Shown here one piece after another: positions 1-10,389 of a stretch of DNA of 27,051 nt. The translations under genes and the position numbers were made by a program. The stretch lies in NCBI GenBank assembly GCA_964016885.1, contig CAXHJY010000527.1, forward strand, positions 1 through 27,051. Reading direction: 5' to 3'. The DNA comes from Eledone cirrhosa. Its lineage: Eukaryota. The notes beneath the pieces were generated by a model. It saw only the letters and a list, made by a program, of their open reading frames with translations, did no database searches and was not told where the DNA came from. The stretch's first letter is position 1. Each line of letters opens with the position of its first letter.

Positions 1-1103
1 ATGTATATACCATACCTAGCACACGCGCAACCACACACGTATTTATACATATACATAGTCAGAAATTGAATTAAATCCGGTCGTTTTTATTTTTTCGTTA
101 GACGTAGCAAGCCATTATGTCATGCAGCAAATAACACTACGAAGTTTATATAAATTGTATCTCTAAAAGAGTCGATATTTCCTCTCAAGTACGACAACTA
201 CGTAAATAAATCTTCCGCTGAAATTAAGTATGCCATATTATTTTTGTCTTATTATTGAATGCAATAATCAGAATTTGCTGACACCATATATATAAAGTAT
301 CACGAAAGCAATCCTGGGGATGCGGAAGGCTGAAGAGTTCGTAGGCTGGCTATGATAATTGAGGGTGTTGTTGTGAAATGTTGTGTGCATTAATTCCAAT
401 GCTTCTTACTAATAGCTGCACTGTTTCTTTCCATAGATATGTTGAACAGCAAACCACGTATTGTCATTCCATGAGAGAATCTTCATCTAATAATTATTTC
501 CACCTAGTAACTTCTCAGCATTTATACATATAAATATATATATATATATATTATATATATATATATATTTATATGTATAAATGCTGAGAAGTTACTAGGT
601 GGAAATAATTATTAGATGAAGATTCTCTCATGGAATGACAATACGTGGTTTGCTGTTCAACATATCTATGGAAAGAAACAGTGCAGCTATTAGTAAGAAG
701 CATTGGAATTAATGCACACAACATTTCACAACAACACCCTCAATTATCATAGCCAGCCTACGAACTCTTCAGCCTTCCGCATCCCCAGGATTGCTTTCGT
801 GATACTTTATATATATGGTGTCAGCAAATTCTGATTATTGCATTCAATAATAAGACAAAAATAATATGGCATACTTAATTTACAGCGGAAGATTTATTTA
901 CGTAGTTGTCGTACTTGAGAGGAAATATCGACTCTTTTAGAAGATACAATTTATATAAACTTCGTAGTGTTATTTGCTGCATGACATAATGGCTTGCTAC
1001 GTCTAACGAAAAAATAAAAACGACCGGATTTAATTCAATTTCTGACTATGTATATGTATAAATACGTGTGTGGTTGCGCGTGTGCTAGGTATGGTATATA
1101 CAT
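1..1103. repeat. Large near-perfect palindrome (arms 1-550 and 552-1103, 1-nt spacer inside a (TA)n tract)
   Basis: 552-1103 is the reverse complement of 1-550. By eye the only differences are two 1-nt indels (ccgctg-aaatt vs ccgctgtaaatt; gtatc-tctaaaag vs gtatcttctaaaag). May extend left of the window. Confidence 0.95.
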
Positions 1104-1137
1104 TATTGTATATTCTATATTTATACATATGAATATG

Positions 1138-1202
<65 letters not shown>

Positions 1203-1327
1203 CTGTGTTTATTTGTGTAGATAGGTATGTTGTATACATTATTGTATATTATATATTTATACACACACACACACACACATATATATATAAATGTATGTAT
1301 GTATATATATATATAAATGTATGTATG

Positions 1328-1381
<54 letters not shown>

Positions 1382-1392
1382 AATTATACATA
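1104..1392. repeat. Compound (TA)n/(TG)n/(CA)n microsatellite with a ~40-bp direct repeat
   Basis: Dinucleotide tracts; taggtatgg/ttgtatacattattgtatatt..tatttatac occurs at ~1086-1126 and ~1223-1262. Confidence 0.85.
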
Positions 1393-1564
1393 AACATTAT
1401 TGTATTTTTGGAATGTTCTTTAAATGGCGCCAGTTTATACATTGTTAGTAGATATTTCATGAAGAATGATGCATTGTTACATTAGTTTATAAGTAAATAA
1501 GTTGAAGAACACAATAAACAGGCAACAGAAATATGCTCTGATGAAACAGAACAATAACAGCTTT

Positions 1565-1741
<177 letters not shown>

Positions 1742-2005
1742 CTGCTCATATTATTAATACTATCTTTGTCGTTTTAACACTGATATCGATATTGATAATA
1801 TCACAATAGCAATTCAATAGATAAAATTACTTTTCTGATAATATAAATGATACTTTAATTTGGCAACTGAAATAATTTTCTGTATCATTGCCTCGTTGAA
1901 TGTTTCAATATGAAACACACTCGTCCACTCACCCACACATATAACCCACGCCCACACTCACACCCGCACACAATCAAATAAACTATGCAACTTATGCAGT
2001 TTCAT

Positions 2006-2055
2006 ATGCAAATGAGATTTAATTACATCATTTACACAGATGAGAAAACTATAAA
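2006..2055 (+). promoter_or_regulatory. Octamer (ATGCAAAT 2006-2013) and TATAAA (2050-2055) upstream of a hammerhead motif
   Basis: Exact motifs; octamer spacing recurs at two other hammerhead loci. Function is inferred. Confidence 0.4.
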
Positions 2056-2085
2056 TTCTCGAGTGTTTTCAAGTCCAGCAGATTC

Positions 2086-2156
2086 AAGCGGTGGGAGGGA
2101 CCTTCCTGAAGAAGGCCAGCCAAGCCTGAAATGCATAGACCGTTGACTCCTTGCTT
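2086..2156 (+). ncRNA. Minimal type-I hammerhead ribozyme (Penelope pLTR-like)
   Basis: tc-CTGAAGA(2106-2112)-aggc cagccaa gcct-GAAA(2128-2131)-tgca-TA-ga. Stem III is the palindrome ATGCAT. Proximal stem I is only 2 bp, with distal ggag/ctcc and aagc/gctt pairing. Confidence 0.7.
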
Positions 2157-2785
2157 CCGTTGGACACCACAAGAGGGCATTAGCCCCGGTGTTTGCGTAG
2201 CTACTGCTTCCTAAAACAGTGTTTCTTTAGAAATACGAACTTTCTATACATATTTGTATGAAACTATGCTTGAAGCGAAATCTGATTTCGTTTCTCTCAT
2301 ATATATATATGTACACATACTGAATTCATTTGCCAAAATATGGGGGTTTTCCCCTCTGAGTTACACATGTGCTTTTACAGAACACTGCGTCATCCACAAC
2401 ACTGGGGCAGAAGAAAATATTCCTCGTTCGATCATTAAACCAAAAGCTTATTGTTTTAAGTAGACAGCGTTATTGATTTAGTTGACGCAGAAACCCTGTA
2501 CTGGATTTTACCATCAATTCCAAGGATCCAGGTTTGTTATATATATATATATATGAATATGTCATTTATTTCGTCTGACCTGTTTAGCTTGACTTACCTG
2601 AGTTGTTACCAGGCGTTTTTGTCCAATATAGTTATGTTATTTTTCTAAATTTTTCTTAATTTAATATTTAAAGATAAGGATAACAAACTATATTGCTGTA
2701 GTTATTTTTTTTTCATCCTAGCAAATTTGGTCCTTACGATCGAACACATGTATGTTTATATTAGTGTTCATGTTTCTTTTTATTC

Positions 2786-2821
<36 letters not shown>

Positions 2822-3068
2822 TATATACAATGAAGAAGCTATGGAGTTACAATTTACCAGATTTTATTGATTACATAATGCTTACCTTCAGTAATCAATG
2901 AAATGAAATCATTTCTAACCTACTGGCTTCTACCTCGTTGTTTTACCAATAATCTCGACTATATAGACGTACATGTATATTTTGTCGATCGCGCTGACCT
3001 GCATATACTAATGTCGGTTGATTGACTAGCACAAAACATAACAACATATCTCTCTTTCTCTCTCTCTT

Positions 3069-3116
<48 letters not shown>

Positions 3117-3534
3117 CTAAGGCGGCTAAAATTCCTGAGATCCATGGACGAGTTCTCTCCAGCGGTCTCTGTCCCTCATTATCGCTGCCATGTCCTGCGT
3201 CTCCAACAGACCAGTGTCTGTCCTTAGGGCATCAACATACGTTAACCTTGGTCTTCCTCTTCTAGTGTGTCCATGTAGCGGCTCCCACAGGAGCACTGAG
3301 TGCAATGTCAACTCTGGATGCCGGTGAATATGTCCAGCTAAACTCAGTCTCCTCTGTGTCACTTTTGAGTTGACTTTTGGGATGCTCCCATACAGCTCTG
3401 AGTTTTTCATCCTCAGTGTATACTGATTAATGTTCAGAGCCATCCTCAGCATTCTCGTGTAGCACCCATCCACCATCTTAGTGGATGGGTGCTACACGAG
3501 AATGCTGAGGATGGGTGCTACACGAAATGGGTGC
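3117..3534 (-). mobile_element. 5'-truncated RTE-clade LINE inserted in a (TA)n tract
   Basis: Carries the RTE C-terminal ORF fragment and a very short 3' UTR running into (AT)n; (TA)n on both flanks; rearranged 5' junction at 3481-3534. Confidence 0.85.
3126..3476 (-). pseudogene. C-terminal fragment of an RTE-type reverse transcriptase ORF
   Basis: Motifs DGCYTRMLRMALN, RRLSLAGHIHR, RRGRPRLTYVD and DRDRWRELV are typical of RTE-clade C-termini; no RT core present. Confidence 0.85.
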
Positions 3535-3536
<2 letters not shown>

Positions 3537-3585
<49 letters not shown>

Positions 3586-3790
3586 TATAAATATATATAT
3601 ATATATATATAAATTTGGTGTTTTTTATATATATATATATAATATATTTATGTGTGTGGGTGTGTACAGCTTGCGTGAGATTGTGTGTGTGTATGTGTGT
3701 GAGAGAAAGAGAGAGAGAAAGGGCAGGAGAGAGAGAGAGGCAGAGAGAGGGCAGGAGAGAGAGAGAGAGAGAGAGTGAGAGAGAGTGAGA

Positions 3791-3863
<73 letters not shown>
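3537..3863. repeat. (TA)n, (TG)n and (GA)n microsatellite block
   Basis: Direct observation. Confidence 0.95.
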
Positions 3864-3867
<4 letters not shown>

Positions 3868-4869
3868 TATAGTTTGAGAGCCTTGAATGACGAATACATT
3901 TCCACAGATATTGAATTGAAAAAATGATACTTTCTTATTTTTATTTAAGTATACATGTTATTTATTTAATTACATTTTTTGTCTTGACAAATACTATATC
4001 TCATATACAGGTTAAGGGACTGGGATGTGACACGCACTTTGCGTGAATGTTCATCATTTCTTCTGGCGGAAATAGTTGCAAGGTGAAAGGAAATAGTCTC
4101 ACTGATCGACGATTAATCATGTAGAAAATTTATAATTAGTTGGACATTCTATTTAAATCATATGAGGCGCTTTAGATTCAAGAACATTGCATCCATCGCG
4201 TGTCTGTAAAATGTGTGTGAATAATGTCGAGTGATGATCAAAAGCTTCTCCGTTAATGCGATTGTGAGGAGTTGTATCGTAGGAGCAAAATGGATTCTAC
4301 TTTTATTAATTTAATTATTGCTAGTTGTGGTTGTTGTTAATTAGCTCCCAGGTCAAAGCTAATCAAGCTGATGTATGATCAAAAGCAATTGACGTGTAAT
4401 TACACTGTCACACATCCATCACCATTGAATCTAGGACTACAGTTATCTAATATGTTCGTATTGTGGTTATTTTTTCTTAATGGATAGCGTGTTATTTGAC
4501 AGAGGTTCACTGATGTTACTCACAGATCCACTCAAATGATAACATGCACCATTTGAATTCGATTTTGCTAGAGGATCAGTGGTTAAAATAATAGATTAGT
4601 CGTTGGGCAACTGAGAGTACCTAAGGAACAACTACTGCATATTCTCACTACAATAACTCTTAATTGAAGTGTCGTATCTCACACGTCATTTCAGAAGTAT
4701 TTTCCTCGAAATAAAATAACAGCAGTTAAGGTGCTTAAGCAATCCAGATCGTGGCATGGGAAGTTCCTCTCAAACATTCTCCACAGTTCACTTCCTATCC
4801 CTTGATAATGAATTTTGCATCTGGAATATACGGGACTAATAAATATTTAGATAATCTGAGAATGTGTCT

Positions 4870-4915
4870 ATGAAAGTCCCTATCTTCGCTGTGCTCATGG
4901 TGTTGTTTTTACCAT
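4870..4915 (+). CDS. Candidate exon 1 of a small secreted peptide (signal peptide MKVPIFAVLMVLFLP)
   Basis: ATG-Lys-hydrophobic run followed by donor GTGAGT at 4916 (phase 1). Confidence 0.5.
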
Positions 4916-5516
4916 GTGAGTTTTAGCAATAGTCCAAGCTAATCCATGCAATGTTTATCTGATGTGTACCATTCCTTATGCAGCAAGAGATTAACAGCAT
5001 TTACATGGGGTTCACATATTGTTGCATATAGTGTGTATTTGTGTTTAGGCTTCCTTTCAGGCTATGTTAGTCTCAGTGGTGAGACGACATCATAATATTA
5101 ATATCAATAGGTAGGGTTTATATATAACATAACAATAACACTCACATTTCTATGTGTAAAATGCCGGATTAATGCCGTATCTAGGATTATGTCTTCATTT
5201 CTTCCTATTCAGCTTTTCGTTCCCATAAAGCTGTTATATAGATAGATCTCGACTCACTGTCCGTAATTTATACGTTCGATACAGTCTTTTCTGTCATAAA
5301 TCGGCATCAAACCCGACCGTTATTTTACGTCCTTTATTTTCACACAAGAAATAATAGCTACATTTCCAAAGAAAGAGGAGATTGGATAGTTTAGTTCGAG
5401 TTGAAAATGGAATGATCAATTCTGAAATGCGATGGACGGAAATTGCGCTCACAAATTAAATGAAATAAGGAGACAGGGCGACCATCAAGAGAGAGCCATT
5501 GGTCTTTTCATTTCAG

Positions 5517-5623
5517 ATACCATCTACCTGCTGCCGGTTCTGGAGGTTAGTTTTAATCTCAGAAAGAATGGAGCAGGAAATATTCCATCTGATGATTTAA
5601 CATCTTCCACCACGTGTTTACCA
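5517..5623 (+). CDS. Candidate exon 2 ((Y)TIYLLPVLEVSFNLRKNGAGNIPSDDLTSSTTCLP)
   Basis: Acceptor tcttttcatttcAG and donor GTAAGT at 5624. The only stop-free frame is the one required by the phase-1 join to exon 1. Confidence 0.5.
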
Positions 5624-6001
5624 GTAAGTTTTCATTAAGTTGGAAAGGATAAAAGACAAAGTTAACCTGTATGTGATTTAAGCTCAGATTCCAGTTAGAC
5701 GGACTAAGTAAAATAAGGATGTTAACCGATTCGTTTATTACTGTGTCAATTAGCCTGTGTGGATAAAGAGCTAACATTCTCTATTTATGATGATATTGTG
5801 CACCTACAAATTAGTTATGTTTGTGCATCATAGTAGCAGGAAATATAAATAAAAGAAGCTAAGGAGAAAATGAATTATTAGACATTTTCTCGAAATTCTT
5901 TACTTTTACTCTTTTGTCATGTAAGGAAGGCAACATTGGCCATGTTTCTCTTTGATCACACCCAGTTTAATGTTGACGCCAACGTATTTTCTGTTGTACA
6001 G

Positions 6002-6043
6002 ACGATAGAATCACTAAGTAAATGTATCAGCTTTTACTCTTAA
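6002..6043 (+). CDS. Candidate exon 3 (TIESLSKCISFYS*)
   Basis: Acceptor tattttctgttgtacAG; phase 0 is the longest open frame from this acceptor and matches exon 2. Confidence 0.35.
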   Translation, partial: TIESLSKCISFYS

Positions 6044-6729
6044 TGTGGTAGAAAATGAGAAATGTCCACAGGATAAATTACAATTAAGTGCTAACTGCAA
6101 GAAAGCAACAATACGAATATAGTTAACTCAGTGTTAAAATATTTATTGCGGTGATCGTCGAAACGTTAAAGAATTATCTCAGACTTATATACATTGATGC
6201 CACAATTCCCACTACAACTTTTGTAATAGGATTCAAACTGGTGTTATTTCTACATAGATAAAATGAACATCAACAATCATTCGTGAAGAATTTACTTCAA
6301 AACCTAATTTATATGAATGAATACATCTGAATATATTGATTCTATTTTCACCACGTAAGGTAAAACAGTATACAACAGGAATATGTCCAATGATATATGA
6401 TAGTTAGGGGAGAATTGAGAAAAGTCTTCCTCATATTCAAGAATTAAACAGAATGATTGAAATATAATGAAAATGTTTGCTGATTGATCAGTCATTTAAG
6501 CAACTACCAATTACATGAAACTCTAATCTCTGCCATTAAAACCTGTATGTATGTATGTATGGTCCCGTAATTGCTGATAGAATCGTAGGGGCACCGTGTT
6601 AAAATAGTATGTTTCTTGGGCATTTTAAACATGGCGGAACCCATCCATCTTCATACCTGTGTACAGCAGATTTCTTCCAGAGAAAGATAGAAAGTGAGAG
6701 AGAGGAAATGAGAAAGAGTTATAGAGGAA

Positions 6730-6882
6730 GAATCGACCCCCGTACTAGACTGGCACATTTTCTATGGACCTCGAAATGATGATAGGGAATGTTGATGTGG
6801 TGGGCTTTGAACTAAGAAAGCCGGAACGAATACCATGAATTATTCTATCCGACGTTCTAACGACTCTGCCAATTCACCACCT
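6730..6882 (-). mobile_element. Degenerate tRNA-derived SINE
   Basis: Minus-strand head ggtggtgaatTGGCAGAGTCGttag (A box) and GTTCAAAGCC (B box); body similar to the copies at 8133 and 8973. Confidence 0.65.
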
Positions 6883-7251
6883 ATATATTATTATATACTG
6901 TCATGTTATAGATAAAACATAAAATAGGCAATATATTATGGTAGACCGAATAAATCGTGTTATAATTAACTACCGACAAAGTCAATATTGGAACGGTCTC
7001 TTCCACGACTAATTATCGTCAAAGAATTTCCCTAGCAACGATTTTGAAGTGTCTAACAGGGAGCGGAATCTGCACCCCAAATTCCCTAACTGGAATATTC
7101 AACCTTAGCTCGGCAGATTACTAAAATATTTGGTTATTGTAACGTCAATAAAAGACGTTGTCTGCGTTAAATTGTACTTTAATATTACAATAACTTAATA
7201 AACTCCCTTGTTATAGTTAATTAGAAATATCAATACGTATATGTGTTATAT

Positions 7252-7291
<40 letters not shown>

Positions 7292-7532
7292 AAGAAGTGT
7301 AATGCGCACCTCGTCGAGTGCTCTAAATTGCATAATGTTGTATCGGTAAACAACCAGCACATACTCAAATGTATATATATATATGTATGTGTGTGTGTGT
7401 GTGTGTATGTGTGTGTGTATCTCTGTGTGTGTGTTGTATGTGTGTGTGTGTATGTGTGTGTGTATCTCTGTGTGTGTGTTGTATGTGTATGTGTGTATCT
7501 ATATATTCATTTATATGTAAGTATGTATGTAT

Positions 7533-7709
7533 GAACATAACGTACTTCCCGGCGTCGAAGACGCTACTTTATCCATAAAATATCCAAAAAAATCTACGTC
7601 CTGGAGGCCGAAGGTTGTCTATTATTTATCTTCAAACTTTTGGTTGTCAACATTAGGGTGCATCCTCGAGGACGAAGCGTCGTCGGTGTCGGGAGATATG
7701 GTATGTTTC
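7533..7709. mobile_element. Old MITE-like fold-back element
   Basis: Imperfect terminal inverted repeats 7533-7565 / 7676-7709 plus inner pair cgtcctggagg / cctcgaggacg. Confidence 0.45.
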
Positions 7710-7750
7710 TAGGTGAGGGACACATAAAACCCACGATATCGTTTGCATTT

Positions 7751-7944
7751 AATAATTGTTTCTACTTTTGGCACAAGGCCAGAAATTACCCGGTGCATTA
7801 CTGATACTTTATTTTATCGACCCCGTACGGATGAATGGCAAAGTTAACCTCGGTGGGATTTGAACTCAGAATGGCAAGAGCCGTAACTCTATGCGTCAAA
7901 GCATGCGTCAAAGCATGGCGTTACCCTCTACCGATACTGCCAAT
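7751..7944 (-). mobile_element. tRNA-derived SINE (short subfamily)
   Basis: Closely similar to 8973-9160; B box GAGTTCAAATCCC on minus; internal 12-bp tandem duplication atgcgtcaaagc. Confidence 0.9.
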
Positions 7945-8132
7945 CTAAATGTAGACCGGTTCTATATTTCGGGTAAATGCATTCGATTTTCAAAGAGTAA
8001 GATCACCTCGCGCAAAGCAAATTCTCACTTTAAAATAAATCTTTAAGCACAGTCATCGTTTGATGCTTGAAACTCGTGTTTGTATTTCTCAAAATACACC
8101 ATCATGTATGTATATTTATTATATATATATTA

Positions 8133-8345
8133 CGGTGGATTGGCAGTATCAGTAGAGGGTCGGATGCCACGCTTTGCAGTATAGAGTTACGGCCCTTTAT
8201 GATCTGAGTTCAAATCCCGCTGCGGTTAACTTTGCCTTTCATCGTTACGGGGTCGATAAAATAAAGTACCAGTTTCGCATTGGGGTCGATTTAATCGACT
8301 TCCCCTTCCCCCAACATTGTTGGCCTTCTGCTTATATAAGAAATC

Positions 8346-8350
<5 letters not shown>
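8133..8350 (+). mobile_element. tRNA-derived SINE (longer subfamily)
   Basis: A box TGGCAGTATCAG, B box GAGTTCAAATCCC, shared body aactttgcctttcatc...gataaaataaagtaccagt, extra gtcgatttaatcgac hairpin, tail into (AT)n. Confidence 0.9.
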
Positions 8351-8383
<33 letters not shown>

Positions 8384-8602
8384 AGTATTTATGTATATAT
8401 TTATATGAGTATGTATGTATGTATACTATATCACACACACACACACATACATACACATATATACATATATATATAATCTGTGTTTTTCGAATATTAATAA
8501 AAATATTCGATTCGTTTGCAATTATGCAAACAAGCCTCAATTTTAAAGCCATTTCAGTAGAATGAGCCCCTCGTTCTTGCTCTTGTGTTGGCATATAAAC
8601 AA

Positions 8603-8650
8603 AACTGCAGACACTAATATTTTTGGGTATTACCCTTCATCAGTACAGCT
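8603..8650 (-). ncRNA. Degenerate type-I hammerhead ribozyme
   Basis: Minus: agctgta-CTGATGA-a gggt aat accc a-aAAA-tattagtg-TC-tgcagtt. 7-bp stem I with G-U pairs; catalytic G12 is A, so probably inactive. Octamer on minus at 8725-8732. Confidence 0.6.
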
Positions 8651-8794
8651 CACTGTTCACCTGCCAACTGTCATAGCCAGTGTAAATATTTACTTTGTAA
8701 AATATACAGTGACTGATCCGCCTGATTTGCATATTAACAAAGCTGATCATTGAATCGGCTAATAAGCTGATCTGACTGTTAAGTTTTTAAAAAT

Positions 8795-8843
<49 letters not shown>

Positions 8844-8972
8844 TATATATATTACATTCTAAGTTGAGGAAGACATATTTGAGAAATCTCGAACTTGTGC
8901 CTTGTCTCCCAAAATCAGATCATAGAAAATATTCAAATAATAAATCCGAGTATTTAACCATTATAAAATAAT

Positions 8973-9160
8973 TGTTTCTACTTTAGGCACAAGGCCAGCA
9001 ATTACCCAGTGCATTACTGGTACTTTATTTTATCGACCCGGTAAGGATGAAAGGCAGAGTTAACCTCGGCGGGATTTGAACTCAGAATGGCAAGGGCAGT
9101 AACTCTATGCGTCAAAGCATGGCGTCCAACCCTCTACCGATACTGCCAATTCACCGCCCT
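8973..9160 (-). mobile_element. Full-length tRNA-derived SINE with 20-bp target-site duplication
   Basis: TSD tttaaccattataaaataat at 8953-8972 and 9161-9180; A box TGGCAGTATCGG and B box GAGTTCAAATCCC on minus. Confidence 0.95.
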
Positions 9161-9348
9161 TTTAACCATTATAAAATAATGAATGACATATCCAAACGGA
9201 ACCTGACCCGCTAACATCTGTTTCCCGAGTTTATAAAACAAACTTCTATTTTATCTGATGCAAGCGTTCCAAAGTTTTGGTACCCTTGACATATATATAA
9301 TAGAATAAATATGGTTTTATGAATATAGTTTCCATTTATTAACATCAT

Positions 9349-9436
<88 letters not shown>

Positions 9437-9514
9437 GTTATTCGGGTTGAATCGGAGGTAACCACAGTAAGTAAGGTACTCAATACATAGCGGAGTATAA
9501 CAGTTTTAATATAT

Positions 9515-9571
9515 ATGAGATTCCTGATGATTTCTAAAGAATGAAACAGTTCTAGTCCTGTAGAATCTCAT
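9515..9571 (+). ncRNA. Type-I hammerhead ribozyme
   Basis: atgagattc-CTGATGA(9524-9530)-t ttct aa agaa t-GAAA(9543-9546)-cag ttctagtc ctg-TA-gaatctcat. Perfect 9-bp stem I and GUA triplet, in a ~137-bp island between (TA)n tracts. Confidence 0.85.
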
Positions 9572-9572
9572 C

Positions 9573-9604
<32 letters not shown>

Positions 9605-9757
9605 CATATATAAATGGAAAAAAGTGAAGCGAAATTTCATTTTTCACTCTTAGAACGGCGGTTACTTAAATATAAGTATGTATACGTACATACTTATGTA
9701 TACAGACGTACAGTAGTATGTATATATATACATACACGTACAAATATATATATATAT

Positions 9758-10260
9758 GTACGTATGGATTTACCGAACAATTATTAAAATGATCGGTTTG
9801 TTTGTAAATAAACATCCCGAATTAAGCCGTACAGTGTTTAGCAATCATCGTTGCCCTTTTGTTCAACACTGACAAAGGAACGATATATGTGTGCATGTAT
9901 GTATATATATACATATTACTGTACGTCTGTATACATATATGTATGTACGTATACATACTTTCATTTTTTCCATTTATGGTTTTCGGTGCGCCCGGCCGAT
10001 TAATTCCCTCGATATGCAAATTAGGCTGCTCAGCCGTTAATATGCATAAGGAAAGTATATACTTTCAGACGTTCAATCATCTGGCAGGAAGGTATACGAT
10101 GCTGACGATAGCTAATAAGTTTGAAACTAGTACATCGTTCCTTTGTCAGTGTTGTACAAAAGGGCAACGGTGGTTGCTAAACACTGTACGGCTAAATTCG
10201 GGATGTTTCTTTACCAACAAACCGAGCATTATAATAAATGTTCCGTAAATCCATACGTAC
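9758..10260. mobile_element. Penelope-like pLTR/retrozyme-like element with 127-bp inverted copy of its 3' part
   Basis: 9758-9884 is the reverse complement of 10134-10260 (10 mismatches, no gaps by hand alignment). Interior has octamer 10014-10021 and a hammerhead; AATAAA near 10233-10238; (TA)n flanks. Confidence 0.75.
10096..10138 (+). ncRNA. Minimal type-I hammerhead ribozyme with palindromic stem III
   Basis: acgatg-CTGACGA(10102-10108)-t agct aata agtt t-GAAA(10123-10126)-ctag-TA-catcgt. 6-bp stem I, ACTAGT palindrome, cleavage predicted after 10132. Confidence 0.85.
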
Positions 10261-10297
10261 ATATATATATGTGCATGTATGTATATATGTATACATA

Positions 10298-10389
<92 letters not shown>

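Noticed and set aside
318-495. Possible mariner-derived MITE fragment inside the palindrome arm (gctgaagagttcgtaggctg)
   Set aside because: Only vague resemblance from memory; no matching second TIR or TSD within the arm.
5432-5638. 68-aa ORF as a single-exon gene
   Set aside because: Better explained as read-through around candidate exon 5517-5623, which has splice sites on both sides.
8133-8225. tRNA gene (A and B boxes)
   Set aside because: No cloverleaf; the boxes are SINE heads repeated several times in the window.
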